Source of the DNA: Blepharisma stoltei ATCC 30299
Lineage: Eukaryota > Protista > Ciliophora
NCBI GenBank assembly: GCA_965603825.1
Contig: CBFDEM010000024.1
Span: forward strand, 124,001 to 188,000
DNA length: 64,000 nt
Direction of reading: 5' to 3'
Of the stretch, positions 10,547 to 23,683 are shown in pieces. The notes beneath the pieces were generated by a model. It was not told where the DNA came from. It made no database searches and was given only the letters and a program-made list of their open reading frames with translations. Numbering within the stretch: position 1 is the stretch's first letter; every line of letters begins with the position of its first letter. The position numbers and the translations under genes were made by a program.

Positions 10547-11317
10547 TTATTTTTTATATCGGTTTAATAATAGCTGGGATTTCTCGTGGGAATTCGGAAT
10601 CGGTCGTGATGAGAGGGGAGGCTTACGGGCTTTAAGGGTGTTTAACTCATTTAAGAAATTTTCAACTTCTGGCCTGAGAATATTATTATAGTTGGAAGCT
10701 CTTGGAGATTGGTCAGAAATTGTGACGTGCTTCTGAGTTGGAGTTGAAGGTTTAGAAAAAAACTGTGGTTTTATTTCATAGTTATCATTATTTTCAGTCA
10801 AACAGTGAGAAGGGGTCCCAGAGCTTGAATTAGAAACACCTTTTCCTAAGGCTCTTAATATGCGATTTCTTGGGCCTATTGGAATTTTCATATCAGCTAA
10901 GTCTTCTCTAGTTAAAAATTTTAAGTCATGAAAAGTGACCATTTGCTTCTGAAAGACTTCTTGGAATTTTTCTAAATCAAGCGATTTCAAAAATTGTGTC
11001 ATCTTATCTCCATCGCCTGCTTTATTTTTTTTCTCAGTCCTACAGATGAATTTTTCGTTGTACTCGGTATCATTATTTTTTTTCCTGTTTACTGATGGAT
11101 TATTTGTGTTAGGTTTTAAAATAGATAAAAGAGTTGAGTCTGTTGAAGGGCATCTACTAATTTCGTCTTCTTTAATTGCAATATCTGATATATCAGCTTT
11201 AAATGGAGCATTATATTGCTTAAATACACTCAGCTTTTCTTGTACTGATTTTAGTCTTGCCCTGATAGCTATTGAATTGCTTTGAAATTCCTCTTTTAAA
11301 ATTGATCGTTTTTCCAT
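10547..11317 (-). CDS. SAM-domain protein
   Basis: FLKSLDLEKFQEVFQKQMVTFHDLKFLTREDLADMKIPIGPRNRILRAL is a typical SAM domain. Confidence 0.8.
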   Translation of the reverse strand: MEKRSILKEEFQSNSIAIRARLKSVQEKLSVFKQYNAPFKADISDIAIKEDEISRCPSTDSTLLSILKPNTNNPSVNRKKNNDTEYNEKFICRTEKKNKAGDGDKMTQFLKSLDLEKFQEVFQKQMVTFHDLKFLTREDLADMKIPIGPRNRILRALGKGVSNSSSGTPSHCLTENNDNYEIKPQFFSKPSTPTQKHVTISDQSPRASNYNNILRPEVENFLNELNTLKARKPPLSSRPIPNSHEKSQLLLNRYKK

Positions 11318-11475
11318 TTAAATTATCATGAAAGTAGGCAAATTCATAATTAATTTCTAAAAGTACGTAAAATTGCCACAAGCTGTATTATATTAAAAAT
11401 AAAATAATATTAAAACCGTATAAAGCCTTTATTACTATATATTTCCAAGAAAACCATTTCTAATAATTGTAAAAA

Positions 11476-13974
11476 ATGACTTTCCTTTTATTACTTCAGC
11501 TGTTTTGAAGTAATGCTCTTGGAAGCGATACAACATTCTTGGAAAGGAGCTATAATTCCTCAACAGAATTGCTTGGCAATGAAAAAGAGAAAATAATCAA
11601 CGATAATTCTCCATCTAATTCATCTCACTTGATGCTGCAGCAAACTGATATTATTGAGCTAGTAGATGGGGAGCCTTATCATGGGACTACTGATCACGAC
11701 ACATATGTTTATTATAGTTTCGAAAATCCCAAAGAAAGCACTGACTTATTATTTGTCTTGACCACCTTTTCTGGAGATGCCGACTTATTTGTATCAAAAG
11801 GCAAAAATAAAATAACGAAAAAAGAAGATTGGGACTGGAAATCAGAAACTCCTCAAGGTGAAGTTATTTTGATCAAGGCTGATGATACCTATTTCTTAAA
11901 TAATCATGTCAATATGAAAGGGAAATATATAGTTGGAGTATATGGATTTTCTCCAACATCTTTTACTATAAGAGCTACAAGCAACCCTGAAGTTGTCACA
12001 AAATTAACCCCAGGCAAAGCCCAGACTGGCTATTTAAATGCGACATCAGTGAACTTTTATTACTATTATGTGGAAAAGAAAGCTGATATCATTATTTCTC
12101 TGACTCCTATCTCTATAGTTGTTAACGCATGCGTCAAGCCTGTCCCGAAAGATGAAGACATCCATGAATATCTGCCATCTCCAAAGGATTATTTATGGTC
12201 AACCTACCAAAGCTCTAACCCAAGTGAAATTATAATAAGCAAGGACGACCCAAGCTTCTGCACTGATTGCAATATTACAATTGCAGTAAGACAAGAGACA
12301 ACTAATGGAACTATAACAAGAAATGGAACACATTCATATAACATTGTCATAAGAAGCGATTTTAATTATATAACTCTGCTGAATGGAGTTCCGTTTAAAA
12401 GCCACCTAGGCCAAGCGAAATGGGATTATTTTGAGTTTGAAGTTGGAGAAAAAGTGGATTTAGACATCTCCATTTTTTCATACAGCGGAGATCCAGATAT
12501 TTATGTAGGAACAAATAAAACCATCAATAGAGAAAATTGCAATTGGTTTAGCTTAGCTAGATATCAAGTAGACCATATCAAAATTTGGTCTTCTGATGTA
12601 AAGTTCATTATAGGGACTTATTATATAGGGGTCTATGCTTTTGATGAAACTTCTTATTCAATTGTAGTGCAATACAGAAATCGCTACATAAAGCTAGTAG
12701 ACGGATGACCACAAACATATAGCATTTCTAATATAAAGTCTTATCCTTTATATTTCGAATATAAAACTTCATCATTTGATTCTTTTTATTGCCAATTGAC
12801 TTCACTATCTCCTGATTTTTATCCAGATGTATATGCTGATTTTAATGAAGGAAGAAACACAGATTTCCCTGATAATACAAACTCCGAGTTTAAGTTCAGT
12901 GAAACTGACTATGATAAAGTTTATAACAAATTGTACATGGCCTTCGCACCAACCAGTCAAAAATGGGAGGTCCATATTGCCATTTTAGGAAATAATACAA
13001 TAAAAGAGAATGAAACTATGGGAGATTTTGAGCTTTTTTGTGCGTCTAGTTCTCAGTTTACTCACATCAAGCCTGGCCAGACACACTTTGATATCCTAAA
13101 ATTTCCAGTAAGTCACCACAAATATTCAATAGAAACCTACGAAAAATCAAGATTAGACGTCTTTGTCGCTCCTTGTGAAGGGAGTTTTCAACTCGATATC
13201 TCATCCAACTGAACAGTAAATTACGACCGAAACCCTGATATTTCTGTATTACGACTTACTGATGGAATAATGAGAGGCTCTATAACCAATGCAAAAGGAG
13301 TTTATTACATCACAGTTACATCTTTAAACGCGTCTGCATGGTTTAATGGTATTAGCTATCAGCTAACTTCTAAGATAACCAAAGCAGGAGATATAGAAAA
13401 AAAGCTCCTGAAGCCAGGAGGTGACGGGATTATTAAATGGACAAGAAAAAAGCATCATGTTATAGTAAAATGGGACGAAATTTTATATGACGATGATAAT
13501 GAAAAACCATATGAGTATCCTAGTAATGTACTTTATCAGATTTATGCGACTGAGGATGAAACAGTTCAAATGCAGACAGCATGCGGAATCCATACCGCAG
13601 AAATGATGGGAAAAGCAGAACTGGTAAGCCGAGGTGGAGCTGATAAAGGTGGAACTGTGGTCAGGCTAAGAGGGCTTAAGTCTTATGTGAATGTTGTAGC
13701 TTCTATTGGGGGAGAAAATAATATGCTACTGAGATATGTTCCTTATAACCCGACACTAATTGTAGTAACTTCACATGAGCCACAGTGGAAAAGAAGAGTT
13801 ATTATTTGGGGATTGATCTTAGCAATACTATTTGCAGGAGGAATTGGGATATATTTTTATATGAAGTACAGAAGAACCAAGAGAGTTTTGCAGTATGAAA
13901 TGGGAGAAGTCAGAGACTCAGCAAGTGAATTAGCAACCATAAACCGTAGCCCGAGCTCCTCACAAAAACCCTAA
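11476..13974 (+). CDS. Type I membrane/surface glycoprotein with repeated PPC-like beta-sandwich domains
   Basis: Signal peptide MTFLLLLQLFWSNALG; three ORFs in one frame via TGA (832 aa); repeats GDADLFV/GDPDIYV...YIVGVYG/YYIGVYA; TM helix then KYRRTKRVLQYE. Confidence 0.85.
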
Positions 13975-14167
13975 TTGCTAAGTCTTTTATCCTAATTAAT
14001 TCAAATTTAAATCAAAATTTAAATTTTATTGTATCTAATTATTAAAAATATGAAAATTCTTAAGGATAATTACTTGAAAGGTTTTTATTTTCCTTGTTTT
14101 CATAGTTTGAATATTTTTAAAAAATTTCATTGAACTTCCCTCACATTTATAAAACTTTTAATAAAAT

Positions 14168-14740
14168 ATGCTTTCCAGTCAAACCAGATACACTTTTAGT
14201 GAAAAGGTAGAAAAAGTTGAACTTGAAAGAAGTTTTCGTATCAAATCTCGAGGCTCAGAATCTCGTGAAACTCGTCATCACAAAAAATTGAAAAGAAGAT
14301 CCGCAGCTCTTGCAAATTCTCCAAGCATGTCAACCAATGCAAGCTTATTGTATAATATTCAAAATCAAAGCACAGAATCTATTTCAAGCCAAATTCTCCG
14401 CTCTAAGCCACCTCGTGTTCCACCTCTTTTAACTAAAAATATTTTGCTGCATAAATGCAAAGAAAAAAGCGAGCGCAGCTGCTTAACTCAGGCAGATGAT
14501 TTGTTTTTCCTGAACGAATATAAGTAGGTTTTATATAGAAAAATTGAAATAATAAAAACTCGACAAGTACCTTGCTCGAAAACTCCATTTTGGTTTCAAG
14601 ACATGGTCTTGCTAGACATTTCGTCTAAGAGGCTGAGAGATTCAAATAGGTGTTTGCAGTTAGAAGATCTAGTGCCTAATGACATCAAAAGATCAGATTT
14701 TACTAAATGGGTGAGCCGAATGAATGGAAATAGGAACTAA
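14168..14740 (+). CDS. Hypothetical protein, 2 exons
   Basis: 15-nt intron 14524-14538 removes the TAG; frame continues to TAA at 14738-14740. Confidence 0.7.
14524..14538 (+). other. 15-nt intron GTAGGTTTTATATAG
   Basis: GT-AG, A at -6, contains the in-frame stop. Confidence 0.8.
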
Positions 14741-14986
14741 CTCCTATATGATATCGCATAAATTTTGAAAATAAATTTATAAAGTATTGCAATTTCTGCT
14801 GATCTTTGAAAATTAACCCTAAATATAATTTAAAGATCTTTCCCTGAAACTACAGATTTCACAATTTTTCTTAAAATAAAGATCATCTATCATCAATGCA
14901 ATAAAAAACCCCTGAAACCTCGCTTTCATTTTTAAAAATCCTTAAAATAATCAAAATTGTCAAAAAATCCATATTTATATCTAACG

Positions 14987-16042
14987 ATGCAAGCTAACCG
15001 CTTTATTTACAGCTCAAAACACATCTTCTCACCAGGCTTCGATTTAGCGATTCCAAAAGCCTCAGACCTCTTCCAATCATCTCATAGAGATGAAGCTCTT
15101 TCTCGAAACCTCCCCACACAAGCAGAAAGAATTTTGGATGCGCCTGATCTTTTAGACGATTATTACCTAAATCTATTAGACTGGAGCTCATTAGACAGTT
15201 TAGGTGTTGCATTAGACAACACAATCTACGCATGAACAAATGGAGAAGTGCGAGAAGTCGTCAGTTCGCCCATAACAATTACCTCACTAGCATGGATGCC
15301 AGGAACCCACTGCTTAGCAGTTGGAGACACTGAAGCTGATTTGACGCTTTATGACATACAGGCTGGGAAGAAAATAAGAGTCATCCATGCTCATACAGAC
15401 AGGATTTCCAGCTTGTCCTGGAAAGGTAGTATCCTATCTTCTGGGAGCAGGGATTCGACTATTGTCCATCACGATATGCGAGCAAAGCACTTTCAGATGC
15501 AAAGTAAAGGTCATTTCCAAGAAGTGTGTGGACTTAAATGGAGTGACAGATACCTTGCTTCAGGAGGAAATGACAATCATTTGAATATCTGGGAAATTGG
15601 GTATTCAACACCTACTTATAGTTTTCATGATCATACTGCGGCTGTTAAAGCTTTGGCTTGGTGCCCTTATACAGCTGGAGTTTTGGCTTCTGGAGGTGGA
15701 TCAGCAGACCAAACTATCAGACTTTGGGATGTAGCAAAAGGAAACTGTATCAAGACAATCAATACTGGAAGTCAGGTCTGTGCACTGGAGTGGAGCAAGC
15801 ATGATACAGAGCTTTTAAGCGCTCATGGATTCGCTGATAACCAGCTGACTGTATGAAAATATCCTTGCATGCAGAAACTTGGAGATATAAAAGGTCACAC
15901 TGCAAGGGTTTTATATTTAGCGCAAAATCCTGAAGGGGATCAAGTGGTTTCAGCTGGGGCTGACGAAACCATACGATTTTGGAAAATTTTCGAAAAGCGA
16001 GGGAAAAATCGAAGCATGGATCTGAAATTCTCATGTAGATAG
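14987..16042 (+). CDS. CDC20: Cdc20/Fizzy-family APC/C activator (WD40)
   Basis: ERILDAPDLLDDYYLNLLDWS, HFQEVCGLKWS, HTAAVKALAWCP, NQLTV-W(TGA)-KYP, GADETIRFWK. Confidence 0.92.
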
Positions 16043-16205
16043 CTAGGTTATAAATTTTTTATTTAAAATGCTTTATTTGAGAAAATAAATAGATATTATG
16101 TAATTACTTGGGGCTTAAAGGCTATTGGATTTGTAACTATATCAATACTTGAATAATTATTTAATTGAATTTTATAATATGAATCCTGGTTTTACAATAA
16201 AATAA

Positions 16206-16517
16206 ATGGGAATTCCTACTATCCCATTGATAGTTGTATTCACAGGGACACTCTTAATTGGCTTTGGGTATTGGAAATCCGTTTTGTATGGATTTTTCTA
16301 TCCTGAAAAGAAGGCAGAAACATTAAGAAAACTAGCCTTGAGAGAGTTTAAATCAAATAATGGAAATTATTATGCTTTTCCCAAAAGTGAGCTCCCTGAA
16401 AATTGCATTCATTATCTTAACCAGCTAAATCAATGCCTTAAGCTATCTAAAAGCGAGTCCTCTATGTGCCAAATTTACGTTGATGATCTATTTGAGTGTC
16501 GAGAAAGATTCTTATAA
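16206..16517 (+). CDS. Small membrane-anchored twin CX9C (CHCH) protein, probably mitochondrial intermembrane space
   Basis: N-terminal hydrophobic helix; C-x9-C-x10-C-x9-C at the C-terminus. Confidence 0.7.
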   Translation: MGIPTIPLIVVFTGTLLIGFGYWKSVLYGFFYPEKKAETLRKLALREFKSNNGNYYAFPKSELPENCIHYLNQLNQCLKLSKSESSMCQIYVDDLFECRERFL

Positions 16518-16775
16518 TCAAGTAAACTAATTTATTTTTAAATAGTAAATATTTTGTATTCTCTTAAATCTGCAAGGATCATTAAGGTAAGAGAATATAA
16601 TTATAAAGAAAAAAGAAGGATTTAAAAATATAAATAATTATCTTAAGCAGTTTATTATGATAAAGCTCTTACTAAGCAATTTAATTTAAATACGATAAAT
16701 TATAGGGTTTTTTACCAAATTTAAAGATAAGAAAAACTTAAAAATAAAAATATTACAATAATTTTCCATTTACTA

Positions 16776-17234
16776 ATGATTTTATTAAATTCCAGATGAA
16801 AAGATCAGCCTTGACTCAAAAGCTTACCCTCATTTTGCATATCTGAAACTTTAGCTGAAGAAGCTAAAATAGGTGACTGCAAAATAGGTATTTACACCAT
16901 CACAGAAAATTTTGAAAATTGTAACTATCTTTTTGCCAAATTCGATCAATTAAAATCCGCAGTAAAAACACTCCGGCTTAAAGGAATATGAAATAAAGTT
17001 CTGCCTTTAGAATCTTTTCAGCAATTCGGAGAAGCAATTATAAGTCTCTCCCACACTTTTGATTTATCATTGATTCAAAGAATGAAAGAAAGTCAAGAAT
17101 CTAATGCCCAAGCTAGCCTAGGTGCAAGAGCTTACCATGCTCTGCAAAATATTGTTGGTGAGAATAGAGCAAAGCAGTTATCAGCAAGATACAACAACTT
17201 TGCTGAATTGGCTGATGTTGGTGTGTTTGACTAA
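16776..17234 (+). CDS. Hypothetical 152-aa protein, possible ERCC1/FAAP24-like subunit with C-terminal HhH (absent from ORF track)
   Basis: ATG 16776 to TAA 17232-17234, open with three TGA=Trp. MILLNSRWK start; VGENRAKQLSARYNNFAEL resembles a helix-hairpin-helix. Confidence 0.6.
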
Positions 17235-18519
17235 TAATAAAAATGAATTATAAAAGGACTTCTTAATTTTTATTAGAGGAACTAAATCGCTAGATTTATT
17301 AAGCTAATTAGTTTAGCTTGGTTTATATCTACTTTTTTCTCTTCTTATTAGATAAAAAGTGAATTTTCTTATATTAATATAATTTTTTATCAATAATTAT
17401 TTAAGTAGCTTGAATCCTTAATCAATTTTTATTAAAAAATAATGATTATTTTTACAAGAAATAAATTGAATTCTATTGGAGCTCTTAATTAAATTTTACA
17501 TTAATCAAGCCCATTTATCAATTTTTAATTCTCTGGTTCCATATTGCATATAAAAATTTACATGACGAAATCCGCACTGGGTTCTTAACCTTGATGATAC
17601 CCGCTGTTCTGATTCATTCACAATAAAATGATGACTACTACGTCGATCCTAACCCATGAAGGTTGTTCTGCAATTCTGATTCAATACTTCATAAACTTTG
17701 CATGATGATTAATCACATGTATGACTCATGCTTATCATAAAGGCTTTTATCTGAAAATCAACTTATCCATGATGATAGTCAAAATACTCACCTCTGAATC
17801 GTGGTGACAAATTTTGCCCCTATCTGATATATTTATATTTTATGATGAAAACTCATCTGACACCTCTAGAACGAGCGTTGCTATGATCACAAACCTTTTC
17901 TGACTTTCATACAATAAAATTTAGTTTCATAGCTATTAAACCTTTAATAATTATGCATAGAATTTCTTTGATTTTAAAAAGCTAAATTTATGCCTCTGAA
18001 ATCCATTACATTATACAATTAGTTTTGCAAAATAATTGTTTGGGAAAGCGAGGAGATTATATAATCTAGCATTATTATAATGATTTAAGTATATAAAAGA
18101 AAGTGTGCAAGCATCGATATCAATTTTAATTTTTTTGTTTAGTATTAGAGAATTATTAAAAGTGTTGAATCTAATTTAATATTTAAAAATCCGCTTATAA
18201 AATTTAGGATTAAATTTTTTTGGTATAGATGAAAATAGCTAACACTCCTAATTACCTTACCTATAGTTTTTATAAATGCAGAATAGAGGAAATAACGAAG
18301 GATTAATGAGCTTGCTTACTAAAGAGATACTCTTTAAACAATTGATAGGGTTTTTACCTATAAGTAAAATGTCAATAGTATTGAAACCAAAAAGCTCATG
18401 AATTGCAGCATGAATTAGTAGCTAATACAAAAGATTTTGTTAATCCTAGTCTAATGAAATCATAATGGCAAATGATTCGCATTTTAAGAAAGTTATTGAT
18501 TAAGAATTGCAATTTAAAA

Positions 18520-19260
18520 ATGGGCATAACATTAAGCCAGCAAACACAATTAGATCTTAATAAGCTCGCAACAATCAACGTCATGAAGCTATGGAACGAG
18601 AATTCTCAATCTGGATCCATGAGCGAAGCTATTTTTCAAAAATTTTTATCTTCTTTAAGCCAGACTTTATCAATGCCTCTAACACCTACACAAGTATCTA
18701 ATGCTTTCAATAAACTCCAAAATAAAGGTGAAGTCTCTTTTTCTTCTTTTGAAACAGAGTTCACAAGCTGATGCAACGACAAAGTTAAAGAAGATTTTGG
18801 GACTGAGGTTTTACAACCTATGGCTCCACAGCATGTAATTAACAAAGAATATCAGCTCTTCTTGGAAACAAATTCTATTGTCTATAAGAAGTTTTATTTG
18901 AATAATCCAGACAGTTTTGATAAAGATTTAACAGTGAAATCAGAAAATGATGTAGTTATGAAAGTAAGGACTCCAAGGATTATAGTGAAGAGAAACTCGG
19001 GAGAACATGTGAGACTAAAAATTATTGCTCCTACACTGGAAGGAAAGTTTCAATGTAATTTGGTTCTTCAGCATGCTTCAAGCTTGATGATTGAAGAAGT
19101 ACTAAGATTTAATCTGGAATTTAAAAGAAAAGAAGAAAGGATATCTTTTGGGTCATCAGGACAGAGGCCGCCTAGCTCTAGTGGGAGTATAAAAAAGACA
19201 AACTCGTGGAGCTTCCTGGGGAGGTCGCCATCTCCAAGTAGAAACTTAAACGATTCTTAA
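18520..19260 (+). CDS. Hypothetical protein: EF-hand-like N-terminus plus Ig-like domain resembling the NPHP4 C-terminus
   Basis: ORFs 18472-18771 and 18820-19260 are one frame via TGA. GEVSFSSFE; INKEYQL...KKFYLNNP...LTVKS. Confidence 0.65.
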
Positions 19261-19267
19261 TAGATTA

Positions 19268-19723
19268 TTACGATAAACCTTTTTCTCTTCTCATTTCTTT
19301 AACGTTGTCGTACAGTAGGCTTTTTTGGTCTAAATAAAGAACCCAGTCACCCTCTGGGAACTTTTGGACATACCCGTTTCTTTCAAGCTCTAAAAGAGAA
19401 TCAAGATCTCCATGAAGATATATTTGAGCAGATTCTCCAGATTCAAGCTGCTTTTCTTTTCGAATGTAGTGATTAGGCACTCCTTCAAAATCGTCTAGTG
19501 CTGGAATGTCTTCTGATTTCAATAGATAAAGCTCACCTTTAACTCTTCCTTCACCTTCGATAGCAAAAGGATAACAGCCGTCAGTTCTTGGATATAAATC
19601 GAGCCCGCTAGCATAGTCTTCTCTAACGAAAACTGGATCTTTGAGAACATGATAATTAGATAATGCATATCTAAGAGTGCCGTATACGAAAACCTTTACC
19701 CTTCCTGAATGTTCTATTGACAT
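19268..19723 (-). CDS. Gamma-glutamylcyclotransferase/AIG2-like protein
   Basis: VFVYGTL, VKGELY, LDDFEG..HY motifs. Confidence 0.88.
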   Translation of the reverse strand: MSIEHSGRVKVFVYGTLRYALSNYHVLKDPVFVREDYASGLDLYPRTDGCYPFAIEGEGRVKGELYLLKSEDIPALDDFEGVPNHYIRKEKQLESGESAQIYLHGDLDSLLELERNGYVQKFPEGDWVLYLDQKSLLYDNVKEMRREKGLS

Positions 19724-20123
19724 CTTTGTATCATCCTATGTATTCAATTTTTTTAATTCACGATTTCGGAATATTACCGTTGGCTCAATATGGATTCAAA
19801 TATACTTCCTATAGATTACGATATAAATAGTTTTAATTGAAAATTGATATTATAAATAAATCTGTTTTGTTGTGTATGTATTCTTATATCCATTCTACTT
19901 TTTAAGACTATTTTTTTTTTTGGTATTAATTAAATTCTTCCACTTATTCTGAGTGGCATTTTATGCGTTTCAGCCGATCCTACTAAAATTGAAAATTTTC
20001 CTTTATTTCTTCTTTTCTTTCTCCAATGCACTTACCAATTATTTCTTAGTATTTTTAGAAAATTTAGAAAATTACAAAAAGGGTCCTCACTAATACGTCA
20101 TGTCAACTATTATAATAAAAATA

Positions 20124-20873
20124 ATGAGCGGAAACTGGCAAGTTGCCTTGTATGAAAAAGCCAAAAAATCTAAAACTCTAGCAATTCTCAGTGAAGAATA
20201 TCAACGAGGAAAAGGGCTTACACAAGACTGGATTAAAAAATCACGTGAAATTGCTGACCGGTCAACTTTCCTTATACTAGCCGGTGCTGATGAGCTGTGC
20301 ATTTGGACATTGACGAATTTCGATAAACAAATACATATTATCTATGGGATGATGGATTGGCGAAATATTTTCTTATGGGCTTCAAAGAACAGGATCCTTG
20401 AAGATTTTCAAAGCCAGGTCAGAAAACAATATGACGGTACAGTCAACAAGTATATCAAGCATACCAAGCTTTATGAAAATTTTACTTTAAGGCTTGTGGA
20501 GCTCTCTAATTTCTACCAAAAGAATTATGAAGAATGCAAAGAAATAATTTCGACCAAAACTCACAATGCAAAAGAAAAAATAGACAATTTAATATTTTCA
20601 ATAAAAAACATCAATGCTCAAGATATCCTTGAAAAAGAGTGGCCACAAAATTTCCTTGACCAAGTCGACTCTCTTTTGACATATTTTGGAGGCCAAAAAT
20701 TTGCAAAGAAACTCCATGATGGAATATTAGATAAGCTTGACCATGATGAAGATGGTGTTCTTACCATTGGAGACATATATGAGTCTACTAATGCAAATAA
20801 AATTGCAGAATGGAGTAGACAACAAGCGAATTATTTTTCAAAATTATTTATTGTTAACGGGCAATTTAACTAA
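20124..20873 (+). CDS. Hypothetical protein with a C-terminal EF-hand
   Basis: Intact ORF; DHDEDGVLTIGD EF-hand loop. Start 20100 or 20124. Confidence 0.7.
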   Translation: MSGNWQVALYEKAKKSKTLAILSEEYQRGKGLTQDWIKKSREIADRSTFLILAGADELCIWTLTNFDKQIHIIYGMMDWRNIFLWASKNRILEDFQSQVRKQYDGTVNKYIKHTKLYENFTLRLVELSNFYQKNYEECKEIISTKTHNAKEKIDNLIFSIKNINAQDILEKEWPQNFLDQVDSLLTYFGGQKFAKKLHDGILDKLDHDEDGVLTIGDIYESTNANKIAEWSRQQANYFSKLFIVNGQFN

Positions 20874-20903
20874 GTTTTTATAAATGATAAATGTTAAGAA
20901 TTT

Positions 20904-21971
20904 CTAGAAATTAATTGTAGACTTGATGCCTTCAAAAATTCGATGCTCATCTGGATAATACATCTTTTCAAATACCAAAGGAAATGGAGTATCCCATCCA
21001 CAAACCCTATGAATCGGCGCTTCTAAGTGCAAGAAGCAGTTCTCATTGATAATCGTCGCTATTTCTCCAGCAAACCCTCCAAATTTAGGTGCTTCATGAG
21101 CAATCAGAACTCTACCAGTCTTCTTTACGCTATCTATAATAGTTTCTCTGTCAAGAGGGCTAATAGTCCTTAAATCAATCAATTCGCAAGAAATTTTTAG
21201 CTCTTTCTCAGCCCTTATCATAGCTTTTTCCATATGAACAAGCTGCAGCCCATAGCCAATCAAGGTAATGTCTTTCCCTTCCTTTAAAATTTCAGCCTTA
21301 CCTAAAGGAATTTCATAGTCTTCATTAGGGACATCAGCAACTGCAGACCTATACAACATTTTCGGCTCGAAAAAGAGGACTGGGTTTTGGTCCCTAATGC
21401 TGGCTAATAAAAGTCCTTTCGCTTGGATTGGTCCTCTCGGAATCACAACTTTCAGTCCTGGAGTGTGAGCAAAATATGCTTCAGGGCTTTGTGAGTGATA
21501 AAGGGCACCATGGTCTACTGCACCATAAGGAGCTCTTATAAGCAAAGAGCCCACGTTAAATTGCCCACCTGATCTGTATCTATATTTTGCAGCCTCATTT
21601 ACAATTTGGTCAAATGCTGGGAATATATAATCAGCGAATTGGATTTCAGCGATCGTCGTAATGCCGATTGCTGATAATCCTATAGCAAAGCCAGCGATTC
21701 CTTGTTCACAGAGCGGGGTGTTAAATACACGATTTTCGCCATGCTTTTGACGTAGGCCTTCAGCGACACGGAAAACGCCACCAAATGCAATGTCTTCACC
21801 AAATAAGCAAGCTCTATGTAAAATTTACGTTTTGTCTTTTGTGAGGGTGATGTCAATAGCGTTGCTGATTGATTGAAGCATGGTGCGGCGAGTTGCAGGG
21901 ACACCAGAAGGAGCTTCAGGAGAGGTGCCAAAAAGAAGAGATGAGAATTTCCTTGTGGCTGCTCTCTGCAT
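20904..21971 (-). CDS. BCKDHB: Branched-chain 2-oxoacid dehydrogenase E1 beta subunit, mitochondrial, 2 exons
   Basis: Transit peptide [10 protein letters not shown]; [62 protein letters not shown]. Intron 21814-21828. Confidence 0.95.
21814..21828 (-). other. 15-nt intron GTAAATTTTACATAG
   Basis: Removal deletes an in-frame TAA inside conserved BCKDHB sequence. Confidence 0.92.
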
Positions 21972-22119
21972 TTTTATTTGTATTTGTGAAGTTAGAAGAG
22001 AGTTAATTTAAAATCATAAAATGTAAATTTTGAGATTCTTTTGATGTTGAATTTTTTGTTAAAAATATTATAAATTTTAGTAAAATTATATTAAATATAT
22101 AGCCCTTGCTTATGCTTGA

Positions 22120-23377
22120 TTACATTACGCTGCAAGAGCTACTGCAAATGATTTTGGTGCACTCTGTGGCAAAGGACTCATTATGCTGCTCGATTTCTTC
22201 ATAGAGTTTTCCAAGGATCCTTACCCTATATCCATATTTATGAATTCCAATATTTTCAAGCTCATTGTGTCCCAGAGGATGCTCAGATCTCATCTGTTTG
22301 ATAAGAAACCTATAATCATCATAGCCAGCTCTCTCAAAATTTTCTATTAAACAAGCAAGTTTGATTCTGCTCAATCACTCCTCCATACTCACATATTCTC
22401 CTTGGCTCAATTCTTTATCTTGAATATTACCATTTGTATTTTCTTCGAAAGCCATCAGCAATCTCATTCTATGCCCCGGTTTCTCAATTCCTATGCATTC
22501 CAAAAACTCCTCATTTATCTGTGATTTTTGCATTTTTTCAAAAATCACATCTAAGTTATGCAGTCCTGATATTTCAAGAATTTCAAAATACATTTGAAGA
22601 TCATATCTACTTAGGAGTTCATACACTTTATTTGCAGAAATTGATCCTTCTGCTTCAGAATCTAGCTCATTTTCAAGCTTCGGCTCAAAAAGGCAAGGCG
22701 AGTCTTTTAAAATTGACGAAAAATCGGTCTCAGTTATTGAATTTATTTTTACATGGTGTGATTGCAATTTCAATAACTCTTTTGCCTCAGGCTCCGAAGC
22801 TAAGTCATAAGCTAGATTTCCATCATTATCTCTGATGCATTTATCAGCAAAGTATTTTAATAGCAAACTTATGCAGTCAATAGAATTGTATTCAGCTGCA
22901 TAATGGAGAGGAGTTCTACCAAGAAAATTATTTTTTTTATTGGGCTCAGAATTATTTGACAGCAATAATTCGACCATGTATTTATCTCCTCGAAATGCAG
23001 CATTATGCAAAGGGATTTCGCCTTCAATAGTTACACTATTTGGATTGGCGCCATAACGTATCAGAAGACTTGCAATTTCCAGTAATGAATTATCTGCAGC
23101 ATGATGCAAAGGAGTTTCTCCAATTTTATTTGTAATATTTGGATTTACACCTTTGGACAGCAAAAATTCAACGAATTTTTTATTATCTTCTAAAATCGCA
23201 TGGAATAACATTGAAGCGTTTGCCTAAATAGTGTTTTACTTTTTCTTCTGATTTATCAAATAAATCAGGATTTTCGTTTATGATTCTGCTTAAAACGGAA
23301 GGACTTGAAGAATTATAAAGTTGAGTTTGATTTATATTAGATAAATCGGGTAAATTTCTGCTATGATCAGTCTCCAT
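22120..23377 (-). CDS. Ankyrin-repeat + two SAM domain protein with C-terminal CaaX (CSVM), 2 exons
   Basis: GETPLHHAA and GRTPLHYAA ankyrin repeats; IGIEKPGHRMRL and IGIHKYGYRVRI SAM ends. 16-nt intron 23224-23239; TGA at 22375-22377 read as Trp. Confidence 0.85.
23224..23239 (-). other. 16-nt intron GTAAAACACTATTTAG
   Basis: Reconciles the frames of ORFs 23183-23377 and 22375-23211. Confidence 0.82.
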
Positions 23378-23683
23378 ATTTAGATTTTATTAGCTATCAT
23401 TAACGATTTTAATTCAACTTTGGTTGAACTTCTAATCAGAATTTGAGCTCAATAAAAGCAGAATTAAAATCTGCTTAAAATAAAAACGCTAGCTTCTTAA
23501 GGTCTCTATCTTATAGAAGTTGCAAATTAGCAGTCTAACAGATTCTGTTAGCTCTAAGGTAGTTTAAAAATAAATTGGTATTCAAATAATTCTGTTTAAA
23601 TAATAGATTAGAGCGTTTTCTAAAGCTTAAAGATAATAAAAAATATGTGAGATTTAATATAGAATTGAAAAAAACATATATGA

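Noticed and set aside
17530-17930. Coding-like composition between genes
   Set aside because: Multiple TAA/TAG in the frames examined on both strands; possibly a relic but not identifiable.
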